In this document: in pieces, positions 1-10,310 of the stretch
Numbering within the stretch: position 1 is the first letter of the stretch
Layout of the letters: each line of letters begins with the position of its first letter
Assembly (NCBI GenBank): GCA_041648575.1
Contig: JBAZOT010000005.1
Coordinates: 17,161-81,160, forward strand
DNA: 64,000 nucleotides
Direction of reading: 5' to 3'
DNA from: Patescibacteria group bacterium
GTDB lineage: Bacteria; Patescibacteriota; Patescibacteriia; Veblenbacterales; UBA10138
Made by a program: the position numbers and the translations under genes
The notes under the pieces: generated by a model
The model's input: only the letters and a program-made list of their open reading frames with translations
What the model was told of the DNA's origin: nothing
Database searches by the model: none

Positions 1-208
1 TTTTCATATTCAAGATCCGCTAAGACAAACTTTAAAACTAATGAACCGCCCGCTTGTTTGTTTGAACTAACTTCCATGCAACTATCAGAAAATAATTAAA
101 GTAAAAATGCAACTAACAATAAAGCCACCACATTCAAAACTTTAATCACCCCGAACAATCCGCCATTGAACGGATATACGGGGCAAGACGATGCGTTGAT
201 AAACTTCA

Positions 209-2254
209 TTAAAGTAAAAAGGCTACTAGCAGTAAAGCGACTACATTCAAAACTTTAATCATTGGGTTCATGGCTGGGCCAGCTGTATCTTTGTAAGGAT
301 CACCCACGGTATCACCAGTAACCGCCGCCTGATGGGCAAATGACCCTTTGCCACCAAAATTTCCGGCTTCAATATATTTTTTAGCATTGTCCCAAGCAGC
401 ACCACCCGAAGTCATAGACAGCGCTAAAAACATTCCAGTAATAATACTGCCCACTAAAACTCCACCTAACATTACTCTGGCTACTGCTACATCTTGGAAA
501 ATAAAAATGCCAATCAAACTAATCACAATCGGCGCCAATACTGGAATCAACGCTGGAACAATCATTTGTTTTAAAGCGCCACGAGTTACAATATCTACTG
601 CCTGCCCATAATCCGGCTTGGCTGTACCGTCCATGATTCCTTTAATCTCATGAAATTGACGCCTGACTTCTTTAACCACACTAGCAGCTGCTTTACCTAC
701 TGCTTCCATAGCTAACGCCCCAAACCAATAAGGCAGCAAGCCACCAATAAATAAGCCAACTAATAAATATGGGTTGCTAAGCTCAAATTGCACCTGAATA
801 CCGTGACTGGCAAACTCTTGTACATAAGCAGCAAATAATACTAAAGCCGCCAAACCCGCTGAACCAATGGCGTATCCTTTAGTAATAGCCTTGGTAGTAT
901 TACCAACAGCGTCCAATGGATCAGTAATTTTTCTAACTGATTCATCAAGCTCTGCCATTTCCGCAATACCGCCGGCATTATCAGTAATTGGTCCATAAGC
1001 ATCAATGGCCACAATAATACCGGTTAACGACAGCATGCTCATGGCAGCAATAGCTACTCCATAAAGCTCAGCTAAACTGTAAGCGCTCAAAATTCCCGCT
1101 GCAATCACCACCACTGGCAAAGCTGTTGATTTCATAGACACTGCTAAACCTCTAATAATATTAGTTCCGTGACCGGTTTCTGAAGCTTGGGCAATTGATT
1201 TAACTGGCGCATATTTTGTTGAAGTGTAATATTCAGTAATCATTACTAATAAGAAGGTAACCACTAAACCAACCATGGCGCTTAAAAAAATATTCATTGT
1301 AGAATAAAGTCCATTACTTACCATAAATTTTTGAGAAACAAAATAAAAACCAATAGCTGCTAAAACACCGCTAACTATTAATCCTTTATATAACGCCCCC
1401 ATAATATTCTGTTTTCTTCCTAAACGAATTGCCCAACTACCAACAATAGATGCTAATACGGAAATACCGCCCAGCACCAGGGGGTAAAATATTGCCTGGT
1501 CAAAATTTTTAAATACCAATAACCCCAGCAGCATGGCAGCTACTGTGGTAATAGCATACGTTTCAAATAAATCTGCAGCCATGCCGGCACAATCACCAAC
1601 ATTATCACCAACATTATCAGCAATAACTGCCGGATTCCTGGGATCATCTTCGGGAATTCCTGCTTCTAATTTACCAACCAAATCAGCTCCCACGTCTGCA
1701 GCTTTGGTATAAATACCGCCACCCAGTCGCGCAAATACGGAAATTAAACTGCCACCAAAACCCAAACCAATCAAAGCTTGCATTGCTCCAGCCAAACTTT
1801 CACCCCAAACTTGAGTTAAAGCAAAAAAACCACTAACGCCTAATAGCCCTAACCCCACTACCAAAAACCCCGTCACTGCTCCGCCTCTAATTGCTACTTG
1901 CAAAGCTTGAGCTAAACCGCTTTTTGCTGCTTCAGCTGTTCTGACATTAGCTTTAACTGAAATATTCATACCAACAAAACCAGCCAAAGCTGAAAGTATG
2001 GCGCCCACCAGAAAAGCAAAAGCGGTCAACCAATTCAATAAAAATCCTAAAATCAAAAATAATATTATGGCAATTATACCAACGGTTCGATATTGACGAT
2101 TTAAATAAGCCCTAGCGCCCACCTGAATCGCCTTAGCAATCTCTTGCATACGTTCTGAACCAGCGGGTAATTTTAAAATCCAACGCGCTAAAAATAAACC
2201 ATAAATAATAACTACTACTGAAGAGATGATGGCAAAAATAACTGCGTTATTCAT
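209..2254 (-). CDS. hppA: K+-insensitive/membrane-bound proton-translocating pyrophosphatase (H+-PPase)
   Basis: 681-aa polytopic membrane protein with V-PPase signatures [17 protein letters not shown] and DNVGDNVGD and a conserved C-terminal region. Confidence 0.9.
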   Translation of the reverse strand: MNNAVIFAIISSVVVIIYGLFLARWILKLPAGSERMQEIAKAIQVGARAYLNRQYRTVGIIAIILFLILGFLLNWLTAFAFLVGAILSALAGFVGMNISVKANVRTAEAAKSGLAQALQVAIRGGAVTGFLVVGLGLLGVSGFFALTQVWGESLAGAMQALIGLGFGGSLISVFARLGGGIYTKAADVGADLVGKLEAGIPEDDPRNPAVIADNVGDNVGDCAGMAADLFETYAITTVAAMLLGLLVFKNFDQAIFYPLVLGGISVLASIVGSWAIRLGRKQNIMGALYKGLIVSGVLAAIGFYFVSQKFMVSNGLYSTMNIFLSAMVGLVVTFLLVMITEYYTSTKYAPVKSIAQASETGHGTNIIRGLAVSMKSTALPVVVIAAGILSAYSLAELYGVAIAAMSMLSLTGIIVAIDAYGPITDNAGGIAEMAELDESVRKITDPLDAVGNTTKAITKGYAIGSAGLAALVLFAAYVQEFASHGIQVQFELSNPYLLVGLFIGGLLPYWFGALAMEAVGKAAASVVKEVRRQFHEIKGIMDGTAKPDYGQAVDIVTRGALKQMIVPALIPVLAPIVISLIGIFIFQDVAVARVMLGGVLVGSIITGMFLALSMTSGGAAWDNAKKYIEAGNFGGKGSFAHQAAVTGDTVGDPYKDTAGPAMNPMIKVLNVVALLLVAFLL

Positions 2255-2289
2255 ATGATTAATGTTAATTATTATTTGTAAAAAAATTA

Positions 2290-3525
2290 TTATTTCTTAG
2301 CTGTTTCTTCAGTTGGTACTTCTTGTTTTACCTCTTCAACAGCCACCGCTGTATCAACAGTTTCTTCTGCCTTAGCTGGCTGTTCTACTTGATCAATTTC
2401 TGATGTAGCCACTTCCGCAACTGTGGCCTCGGGTTGCTCATCAGTTTCTTCGATAATATTTATTTCCTGTCCGCCGCTGCCGATAATATCTATTTTCCAG
2501 CCAGTTAATTTTACGGCCAATCTAACGTTTTGGCCGCCACGACCAATGGCCAAACTTAATTGATCATCAGTTACTTCTACTTTAGCTGAATGTTCTTCTT
2601 CATTAAGTGTTACATTTTGAACTTTAGCTGGTGACAACGCCGCAGTAATAAACTTAGCCATATCCGCGTTCCAAGCAATAATATCTATTTTTTCTCCACC
2701 CAATTCATTAATCACTGTTTGTACGCGCGTACCTCGCTGCCCCACACATGAGCCAATCGGATCAATGTTTTCATCTTTGGCCGCCACGGCAATTTTGGTG
2801 CGGCTGCCAGCTTCCCGAGCAATAGCCTTAATTTCTACAGCACCAGAAGCTATTTCTGGTACTTCCAAGATAAACAATTGCCTGACAATTTCCGGATGTG
2901 CCCGTGACACCAATACTTCGGGCCCCTTGGCTGCTGCGTTAACTGAAACTAAATAAACCCGCAACCTTTGGCCAGTGGAATAATGTTCGCGCGAAACTTG
3001 TTCTGAATACGGCATCACGGCTACAGTGTGGCCCAAATTTATAAAAACAGTTCGCCCCTCTATACGCTGTACCGTGGCAGGTATCACTTGTCCTTCTTTA
3101 GATTTATATTCAGAAAATACCACATCACGTTCGGCTTCGCGCAATCGCTGAATAATAACTTGTTTAGCAGTTTGTGCTGCCATTCGGCCATATTCAGCCG
3201 GCACATTCAATTCAGTTTTGATTTCATCGCCTACTTTGGCATCGGCTTTTACTTTTACTGCCTCGGCTAATAAAATTTCCTTTTTTTCATTAATCGTCTC
3301 TTCGCCTTCAGCTGGCCCCTCGACCACAGTTTTTACATCAAACACTCGCGAACTGGCAGTCGTTGGGTCAAAATTAACTTTAATATTCTCATTTTTTTGT
3401 CCAAAATCCTTGCGGTAAGCTGCAGCTAAGGCCTGCTCAATAGTTTCAATAACTGCCTCAAAAGGAATATTTTTTTCCTCGCAAATTTGCTCAATGGCTT
3501 GCTGAATTGGTGATGCTTGTTTCAT
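2290..3525 (-). CDS. nusA: transcription termination/antitermination factor NusA
   Basis: N-terminal NusA domain followed by S1 and tandem KH domains ([22 protein letters not shown]) and an acidic C-terminal tail. Confidence 0.9.
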   Translation of the reverse strand: MKQASPIQQAIEQICEEKNIPFEAVIETIEQALAAAYRKDFGQKNENIKVNFDPTTASSRVFDVKTVVEGPAEGEETINEKKEILLAEAVKVKADAKVGDEIKTELNVPAEYGRMAAQTAKQVIIQRLREAERDVVFSEYKSKEGQVIPATVQRIEGRTVFINLGHTVAVMPYSEQVSREHYSTGQRLRVYLVSVNAAAKGPEVLVSRAHPEIVRQLFILEVPEIASGAVEIKAIAREAGSRTKIAVAAKDENIDPIGSCVGQRGTRVQTVINELGGEKIDIIAWNADMAKFITAALSPAKVQNVTLNEEEHSAKVEVTDDQLSLAIGRGGQNVRLAVKLTGWKIDIIGSGGQEINIIEETDEQPEATVAEVATSEIDQVEQPAKAEETVDTAVAVEEVKQEVPTEETAKK

Positions 3526-3617
3526 AAGTATTTATGTTTAAGCTAAAAAAATAACTAGTAAAATTAACTACTAGTCTAGTATAGAGTATGAAGCTAATAA
3601 TAAAAGTTGTCAAGAGT

Positions 3618-3660
3618 AATAAAAAAGGTAAGTGTATTATATATTAAATACAACTTACCT
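3618..3660 (-). terminator. rho-independent terminator downstream of the radical SAM gene
   Basis: 8-bp stem AGGTAAGT/ACTTACCT, followed on the minus strand by a U-run (plus-strand AAAAAA at 3621-3626). Confidence 0.4.
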
Positions 3661-3678
3661 TTGTAAACGTTTGGTTAA

Positions 3679-5175
3679 TTATTTTTGTATTGAAGCGGCA
3701 ATTTTGGAAAAATGGAACCAGTAAATTGCCATAGTCATGGCTCGTGGAAACGACTTAAAATTAGTTACCAAGGTTTTTACTGTAAGTTTCCAATAATACC
3801 ATCGGGCTTCAGACAGCAAACCAATATGCCACATACTTAACACCATCGGCCGTAAATCGCGCCAGGAAAAATGTCCTTTGGTTTTAGACGGGCAATGCTT
3901 TAAAAATGTATCCACTCGTCCAAAATATTCTTTAGTAGAAGAATAAATAACCGCCAACACCCGCCGATAACCAGCAAGTAATTCTTCCCGGTCCATTTTA
4001 GGAATAAAGTTTAAACTGCCATTTACATTATCCACAGTAGTTTCGCTCACTATTCTTTTTTCAGCTTCAAGCCTTTTCCATAACTTGGTTCCTGGACAAG
4101 CAACTAATAATCCCACCATCGCCTGAATAATGCCGGTTTTTTGAATGTAAGTTATTAGTTTGTCAAAGATATTTGGCGGATCGCCATCCAGACCAACCAT
4201 AAATCCTCCCATTACCTCCAAGCCCTTACTCATAATCTTTTTAACCGCATCTTCTAAATCAAATTTAAGATTAACAACCTTGCCAATGCTAATTAGCGCA
4301 GCTGTATCAGGACTTTCAATACCAATAAACACTCCTGAAAAATTAGCTTTAACCATTAAATCCATTAGCTCATCATCAGCCGCTAGATTAATGCTAGCTT
4401 GAGTAGTAAATATAAATGGATAATTATGTTCTTGCTGCCAAATAATCAAATACCGCAACATTTCCTTGAAGCGTAGTTTATTACCAATTGGATTATCGTC
4501 AGCTAAAAATATTGTGCCTTCGTATCCAGCTTGATATAGTGATTCAACTTCGTTAATCATCTGTTGTGGTGTCTTAGACCGAAATTTTGTGCCAAATAAA
4601 ATATGAATGTCACAAAACTCGCAACTATCACCATTTATATCACCCAAAGGGCAACCACGAGAAAACTGAAGACTCATGGTGGCATAATCATTAATATTTA
4701 TTAATGACCACATTGGTACTGGCGTTGTGGTAACATCAGCCCACTTATCTGTTGTATAGATATGCTTAGCGGCCCCATTATTTAAATCTTCTAAAAATAA
4801 CGGCAGTGTGATCTCGGCTTCATTAAGCACAAAATGATCTACGCCTTTGTATTTCTCTGGTTCAGTAGTAAAAGCTGGACCGCCAGCTACTACTATTTTG
4901 TCGAGTTCCTTACAACGATTAATGATTTCTTGTGCGCTAGTTTTTTGTATAACCATAGCACTAATAAAAATCATATCTGCGCTCGTGATGTCCTGATCAA
5001 GTAACGGCTCAACATTAACATCTACTAATTTTTTCTCCCAATCACTTGGCAACATCGCCGCTACTGTTAATAAACCCAGTGGCGGAAAAGCTGCTTTTCT
5101 TCCTATGAATTTTAAGATATGCTTAAAACTCCAGAAAGTTATAGGATATTCTGGGTAAACTAACAATATTTTCAT
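3679..5175 (-). CDS. B12-binding domain radical SAM protein
   Basis: N-terminal cobalamin-binding-like Rossmann region (MKILLVYPEYP...) followed by a radical SAM core with a Cys cluster (RGCPLGD...CEFCD). This architecture matches class B radical SAM enzymes. Confidence 0.7.
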   Translation of the reverse strand: MKILLVYPEYPITFWSFKHILKFIGRKAAFPPLGLLTVAAMLPSDWEKKLVDVNVEPLLDQDITSADMIFISAMVIQKTSAQEIINRCKELDKIVVAGGPAFTTEPEKYKGVDHFVLNEAEITLPLFLEDLNNGAAKHIYTTDKWADVTTTPVPMWSLININDYATMSLQFSRGCPLGDINGDSCEFCDIHILFGTKFRSKTPQQMINEVESLYQAGYEGTIFLADDNPIGNKLRFKEMLRYLIIWQQEHNYPFIFTTQASINLAADDELMDLMVKANFSGVFIGIESPDTAALISIGKVVNLKFDLEDAVKKIMSKGLEVMGGFMVGLDGDPPNIFDKLITYIQKTGIIQAMVGLLVACPGTKLWKRLEAEKRIVSETTVDNVNGSLNFIPKMDREELLAGYRRVLAVIYSSTKEYFGRVDTFLKHCPSKTKGHFSWRDLRPMVLSMWHIGLLSEARWYYWKLTVKTLVTNFKSFPRAMTMAIYWFHFSKIAASIQK

Positions 5176-5380
5176 ACCATACCTCTTTTTTTATTATATT
5201 TTTAAAGAAATTTTTTTATTTTTCATTTATTTACATTTACTACTATTATAACTTAATGTCCAGCTATAAAAGTATACTCTGTTGCCCAGCGTTAGAGTTT
5301 ATATTTTTTATGGACATCCTTTCATACTCGTCCCGCACGTCGTAATCCCAATTTTTTATCGAGACGGAGGCGTGTCAAAA

Positions 5381-5743
5381 TCAAATAATATTACGAAAAT
5401 GTTTAATTTGATATTTACCACTTGCCTCAAAATAAATCGCTACCACGTCAAAACGATGATTATTGCTAAGCTGCGGATGAATTAATAAATAACTTTCTGC
5501 AGCTTGCCTGATTTTTTCTTGCTTAAGCTTAGTAACTGCCTCTTCGGGATAACCTTGCCCAAGCCCGCTTCTGGTTTTAACTTCAATAAAAACAACTTCG
5601 TCCTGGTCGCGACCAATTAAATCAATTTCCGCATATCGGCTAAAATGATAATTTTTATCAATAATAACCAAACCGTGCTGTTCTAAATAAACAGCGGCCA
5701 AAGCCTCTCCTTTCTGTCCTAATTGCTGCCGTAAATGTGGCAT
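5381..5743 (-). CDS. yraN: YraN family endonuclease (UPF0102)
   Basis: 120 aa with motif GEALAAVYLEQHGLVIIDKNY...EIDLIG...VFIEVKTR, typical of YraN. Confidence 0.8.
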   Translation of the reverse strand: MPHLRQQLGQKGEALAAVYLEQHGLVIIDKNYHFSRYAEIDLIGRDQDEVVFIEVKTRSGLGQGYPEEAVTKLKQEKIRQAAESYLLIHPQLSNNHRFDVVAIYFEASGKYQIKHFRNII

Positions 5744-5875
5744 AACTAATAAATCCTAAGCACTAATATCTAAATCTTAAATAAACCCAAATATCAAAAC
5801 CCGAATGACAATTCTTTTGGTATTTGAATTTTGTATTATGATATTATTTAGAAATTAGGATTTAGGATTTAGTAT

Positions 5876-6289
5876 TTAGTATTTTTTGGGTAGGTATTTT
5901 TCAAACTCCTGTCGCTCTTTTCCCTGAACAATTTCTTTGGGTAAACGCCACAAAGCATAACGCAAAATATATCCTAACCAAATAATAGCTACTAAAGTCC
6001 ACAACACAAACCACCAACGGGCTCCTAGCATGGGGGTTGAGGTTTGAGTAAATAATAAGCTAATACAATAAAATACGCCACTAGTAATAAATAAAGTGCC
6101 TAGCCGGCGGTACAATTTCTTTACTGGTGCAGTTTTAACTATCGCAGAAATAATTTTAAAAATAATTCCCACCACCACTAAACCAATAATCACACCCACG
6201 ATGATTTTAAAAGTATAATCCTGGAATTTAGGAGCATATGAAGAAAACAACCGCGACCAGGTAAAAAATGTTGTAAACCATTCCCACAT
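5876..6289 (-). CDS. hypothetical membrane protein
   Basis: 137 aa with several hydrophobic helices and no recognisable motif. Confidence 0.35.
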   Translation of the reverse strand: MWEWFTTFFTWSRLFSSYAPKFQDYTFKIIVGVIIGLVVVGIIFKIISAIVKTAPVKKLYRRLGTLFITSGVFYCISLLFTQTSTPMLGARWWFVLWTLVAIIWLGYILRYALWRLPKEIVQGKERQEFEKYLPKKY

Positions 6290-6295
6290 AAACTA

Positions 6296-6874
6296 TTATT
6301 TTATAAAAACAAAACCATAATGATAAGGACCCGCATCAAAAAATTTTTCCTCTTTCAAATTCAATTTAACAACCAACTCGCGCACTTTTTCTGGTGACAC
6401 ACGATTGGCAACTGCTGGACCAAACGGCGTGGGTTCTACTTTCCAATCAACCACCAACAGCTTTCCTCCTTGCTTAAGCAACCGCCTAGCTTCATCTAGC
6501 AGGGCCGCATTATTTCTTGACTGGAACATAATATTTATCAACAGGGCGCTATCTAAAGTATCGGGCGTGATTTTAGTTACGCCTACTCGCTCTAAATCTG
6601 ACCACACAGTTTCAATGTTTAAAATATTTTCCAATTTCGCTTTGCTTTTAACGCCTTCTAAAGCTGCTTTTAAAATATCCACAGCATAAACCTTGCCTCT
6701 ACTACCAACAATTTTAGCTGCCGGAATAGTAAAATAACCAGCACCGCCGCAACCCAAATCACCCACAAAATTACCAAATTTAACCTCTAGTTGTTTTTCT
6801 AATAACTCCTGGGGGTTTAAAAGTTTTGCTGGTACCAACTTACTTAACATATTTATATTATAGCACCAAATCAT
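6296..6874 (-). CDS. class I SAM-dependent methyltransferase
   Basis: Motif I VGDLGCGGAGYF and the post-I acidic residue pattern (LKQGGKLLVVDW). Confidence 0.7.
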   Translation of the reverse strand: MIWCYNINMLSKLVPAKLLNPQELLEKQLEVKFGNFVGDLGCGGAGYFTIPAAKIVGSRGKVYAVDILKAALEGVKSKAKLENILNIETVWSDLERVGVTKITPDTLDSALLINIMFQSRNNAALLDEARRLLKQGGKLLVVDWKVEPTPFGPAVANRVSPEKVRELVVKLNLKEEKFFDAGPYHYGFVFIK

Positions 6875-6993
6875 TAAAAATTAGAAGCTAGAATTTGGAA
6901 GTTGGAATTTAGAATCTAAAACCTGCCACTATCGCTATAATAAATAAAAGATTATGAGGTAGCTAAACACTATCTTTTTAAAAAATTGTCTTT

Positions 6994-7165
6994 CACCACT
7001 TTTTTAGAAAAAGTGGTGGGAAAAAGCGCCACACAGAAGCTTCAGGCAAGGCGGGTAGCAAATTCGTTTGCCCGTTCGTGGCGTTTTTAACTTGCGTGCC
7101 GGGTGTGGGGTGGTTAGGGGTAGAGGGCTCGGAGTTGCGAAGCCCGCTCTCTACCCCTAACAGAA
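6994..7165 (+). repeat. GC-rich structured repeat element, copy A (39-nt palindromic terminus plus hairpin-rich body)
   Basis: CACCACTTTTTTAGAAAAAGTGGTGGGAAAAAGCGCCAC is followed by an approximately 130-nt segment of about 60% GC with long hairpins. It is 39/39 identical (allowing one T indel) to the reverse complement of 17515-17553. Confidence 0.5.
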
Positions 7166-7169
7166 AAGA

Positions 7170-7802
7170 TTAAACTAATTTAAAACTCTTTCTATGAATT
7201 GCGCACAGTCCATGTTTTTTTATGGCTCGGCGATGAGCTAAGGTTCCATAACCTTTGTGTTGATGAAATCCGTAGCTTGGATATTTTTTATGATAATTTC
7301 TCATTAACTTGTCTCGCCAAACTTTGGCTAAAATTGAAGCACAGGCAATAGAAAAAACTTTTTGATCACCCTTAACCAAACAAGCAAATGGTAATTTAGA
7401 TTTGAATCCAGCAATATAATCTACTAATAAATAATTCGGTTTTATTTTAAGTTTAGCCACTGCCTGATTTACTACTTTAATATTCATGGCTTGAATACCG
7501 TATTTATCAATTTTTTTATTATCAATCTGGGCTACATCCCAAACTCGCACTGCTTTAGTAATTTTTTTATAAAGTTTTTCACGTAATGTCGGTGACAATT
7601 TTTTTGAATCCTTAACTTGTTTAATCCAAACTGCTTTGGGTTTTAAAATACTCGGAGAAAAAATAACTGCTGCTGCCACAATCGGCCCAGCCAAAGCACC
7701 CCTTCCTGCCTCATCTGCTCCTGCCACCAAATTAAAACCCCGCCGCCATAGCTTTTTTTCATATTTTAATGATATAACCATAGCTTTATTCTTAACCATC
7801 AA
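7170..7802 (-). CDS. rnhB: ribonuclease HII
   Basis: Motif DEAGRGALAGPIVAAAV and an RNase HII fold-length protein of 210 aa. Confidence 0.9.
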   Translation of the reverse strand: MMVKNKAMVISLKYEKKLWRRGFNLVAGADEAGRGALAGPIVAAAVIFSPSILKPKAVWIKQVKDSKKLSPTLREKLYKKITKAVRVWDVAQIDNKKIDKYGIQAMNIKVVNQAVAKLKIKPNYLLVDYIAGFKSKLPFACLVKGDQKVFSIACASILAKVWRDKLMRNYHKKYPSYGFHQHKGYGTLAHRRAIKKHGLCAIHRKSFKLV

Positions 7803-7876
7803 TCAAAATTTGCCAAGTTTTTTTAATATAATTTTTGACACACAACTAAACTTATAATAAACTAGTATAATTCACA

Positions 7877-8836
7877 TTGAACATTAAAATAATTTTGGAG
7901 AAAAAAATGTCATCACTTAATTTAACAATAATCAAAAGGATATTATATAAAACCCAATTACTAAAGGCACATAATCCGAATCATAAATTAATAAAATTAT
8001 TACTACTGATAGATTCCGGCGGGATGCGTGGCATTGTTAGTATGGGTAATTGCTTAGGACTTGAAAAACTTGAATTAACTGAGGTCTTTGACGATATAGT
8101 GACAATATCAGCTGGGACAGCTAACGGTGGATTTTTCCTAGCTAAACAATCTGCCCTTGCTTGCACTGTTTATACTGATGATCTAGTCGATCGCAGATTT
8201 ATCAATCCTCTACGTTTTTGGAAGGTGACCGATATTGACTACGTAAATGATATAGTATTCAGACACGTAAAAAAACTAGACACCGAAGCTATTAGAAAAT
8301 CGCGGCCAAATTTCTTTGCTTGTGTAACCAGGGTTGATGATGGTAATGGTGAATTTATGGACGTAAAAAAACAAGTCGATATTATCTCAGTGATTAAGGC
8401 TTCAATGGCTATGCTAGTGTTATATAATAAACCAATAAAAATTGGTAATAATTACTATGTAGATGGACTCACTAGTATGGGACTCCCTATTGATGAAATC
8501 ATTGATCAATTCTCGCCTACTGACATCTTAGTATTACTTAACAGACCTCTAGGCTATTGTCGCCCGAAACTATCGGTTATAGAAAAATCCATCAGTAAGT
8601 TGTATTTGAGAAAATTCCCTCAAGCATTAAAAAACTCTTTCTTTGACATGAATCGTAAATATTCTCATCAAATAAATACACTCCGGGAATGTGGCAATAA
8701 CTACCGTGGCGTAAATATTGGGATAATTCATCCAGATTACGAAGCTATCAAAAGAACAACAAAAAATCGTGACTTGCTATTACAAGCAGCACAAAAAGCA
8801 GAACAAGACATTTATAATATTTTGGGCAAACGCTAA
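7877..8836 (+). CDS. patatin-like phospholipase family protein (predicted catalytically altered: GTANGG instead of GTSTGG)
   Basis: Oxyanion-hole motif DSGGMRG and Asp motif YYVDGL are present. The GxSxG nucleophile elbow reads G-T-A-N-G (codon gct). Confidence 0.65.
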   Translation: MNIKIILEKKMSSLNLTIIKRILYKTQLLKAHNPNHKLIKLLLLIDSGGMRGIVSMGNCLGLEKLELTEVFDDIVTISAGTANGGFFLAKQSALACTVYTDDLVDRRFINPLRFWKVTDIDYVNDIVFRHVKKLDTEAIRKSRPNFFACVTRVDDGNGEFMDVKKQVDIISVIKASMAMLVLYNKPIKIGNNYYVDGLTSMGLPIDEIIDQFSPTDILVLLNRPLGYCRPKLSVIEKSISKLYLRKFPQALKNSFFDMNRKYSHQINTLRECGNNYRGVNIGIIHPDYEAIKRTTKNRDLLLQAAQKAEQDIYNILGKR

Positions 8837-8995
8837 GTTTGCCTTTTTTATTTTAATAAGGCTATCTACACAAAACCCATCTACTATTGCTCTCATATTT
8901 TAAACTAGAAAATCCTTTAATTGACATACCAATATTAGTGTATTAAGATATGCTAATTAAAGCAAAAATATAAACAATAAAAAAGGAGATTAAAA

Positions 8996-9379
8996 ATGCC
9001 GTTTACTAAAGATAGTCTACATAGACAGGCGCTGGGTCTTGCGTCTGGCGGATTAATTCTTTATGATCCGGAACGAATAGGATTTCAGCTACAAATCAAT
9101 TCGTCTATTGATATCACTGACTTATGCCCTAAACTGCCAGAAAAGAAAAAAAGAGGAATTAAGTGTGTGAGACTTGATTATGCTAAAACCTTTAAAGGAG
9201 AACTATATGTTCTCATTACCAAATGTCGTGGTGAAACAGATCACGGAAAATATGTTTATTACAATCTGTCTGACTTAAAAAAACCAGACTCAATATTTAA
9301 ACAATGGGCCAAGGACTTCGGCCTAACGCCGAAAAAACTCCGTGATACTATTCGGCAGTACGCCGAACGAATTAAATAA
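8996..9379 (+). CDS. hypothetical protein
   Basis: 127-aa ORF with an AGGAG ribosome-binding site upstream (aaaaaggagattaaaaATG) and a hairpin plus T-run terminator at 9403-9440. Confidence 0.4.
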   Translation: MPFTKDSLHRQALGLASGGLILYDPERIGFQLQINSSIDITDLCPKLPEKKKRGIKCVRLDYAKTFKGELYVLITKCRGETDHGKYVYYNLSDLKKPDSIFKQWAKDFGLTPKKLRDTIRQYAERIK

Positions 9380-9583
9380 AACAATCTAGTTTCAACAGTT
9401 TAAATCCTGATACTTAAATATCGGGATTTTTTATTTATTTAAAAAATACCCCGCTTGCAAATCCACCAGCCAGAGTTTAAACACAAACTACAGCTTTACC
9501 TATTGACTAATACATTATTTTAATATAAGATTAGGCAAAAGCAAAAATAATTAACTAATATAAAACAAAAAAAGGAGTTTACC

Positions 9584-10243
9584 ATGCCTACTACATATAT
9601 ATGGTTGGGTTTAATAATTTTGGCATTGCTATTGTGGATTTTATTTGCAACCCTCTTTTCTATACGTTTCAAACGCAAAAAAGGCAAAGACTATGATAGT
9701 GACGACGCTATGCTTGGTGGTGTTGCTGTGGCATTAATTGGCGTATTTATATTAAGAGGTATTATAGGATTAATCACCAGCCAGACCTTCCCCGCTCAAT
9801 CATTCCTAGTTACGTCCGAAGGTAAAATACTAGCTACATTTGAGGAAGAAAGCAGATTGTGGAATTGGGATAAACGCTTAGAGGGGATAATTTGTTTATC
9901 CTATGCACCGATTGAGCAAAATATTGTATTAAATCTCCATCCAGTCACAAAAAACCCTAAGGTACTCAATCTACAATATACAATACGTGTACTTGCTGGC
10001 GGAACACCCGAAGCTATAATGACACAACAATGCATCACTAAAAAATATGGTGGTTTACAAGAATTTATAGAATTTCACCTATATGAATTTAATCGCGAGC
10101 ACGGTGGTGAATGTGTTGCTTTTGATAATCCCCGTGACTATGAGCAACAAACAAAATTTCAATCTTTAATTAAGTCATTCTTAGAGCCACGTCTTGTTGA
10201 CACCGAAATAAAATTCCAAGATGCCTACTTTCTGCTAAACTAA
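9584..10243 (+). CDS. hypothetical membrane-anchored protein
   Basis: 219 aa with two N-terminal transmembrane helices and an RBS (aaaaaaggagtttaccATG). Confidence 0.4.
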   Translation: MPTTYIWLGLIILALLLWILFATLFSIRFKRKKGKDYDSDDAMLGGVAVALIGVFILRGIIGLITSQTFPAQSFLVTSEGKILATFEEESRLWNWDKRLEGIICLSYAPIEQNIVLNLHPVTKNPKVLNLQYTIRVLAGGTPEAIMTQQCITKKYGGLQEFIEFHLYEFNREHGGECVAFDNPRDYEQQTKFQSLIKSFLEPRLVDTEIKFQDAYFLLN

Positions 10244-10310
10244 TAATTACTCACATCCCCCGGCCTTGCATATTGCATAACGGGGGTTGGTTTTTGTATA
10301 CTATTCTATT

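Noticed and set aside
348-611. 87-aa plus-strand ORF inside hppA. The same applies to antisense ORFs in other long genes: 2765-2956, 3028-3270 and 3218-3418 in nusA; 4160-4402 in the radical SAM gene; 6405-6689 in the methyltransferase gene; 7981-8166 in the patatin gene; 11023-11589 in gdh; 13118-13463 in the HD-Nudix gene; 13636-13923 in trxB; 14617-14823 in trxA; and those in the giant genes.
   Set aside because: They lie wholly antisense within well-supported conserved genes, have no RBS and low-complexity translations. They are ordinary antisense artefacts.
5282-5485. 67-aa plus-strand ORF in the yraN/radical-SAM intergenic region.
   Set aside because: Low-complexity translation overlapping the 3' end of yraN on the opposite strand. 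It is probably non-coding.
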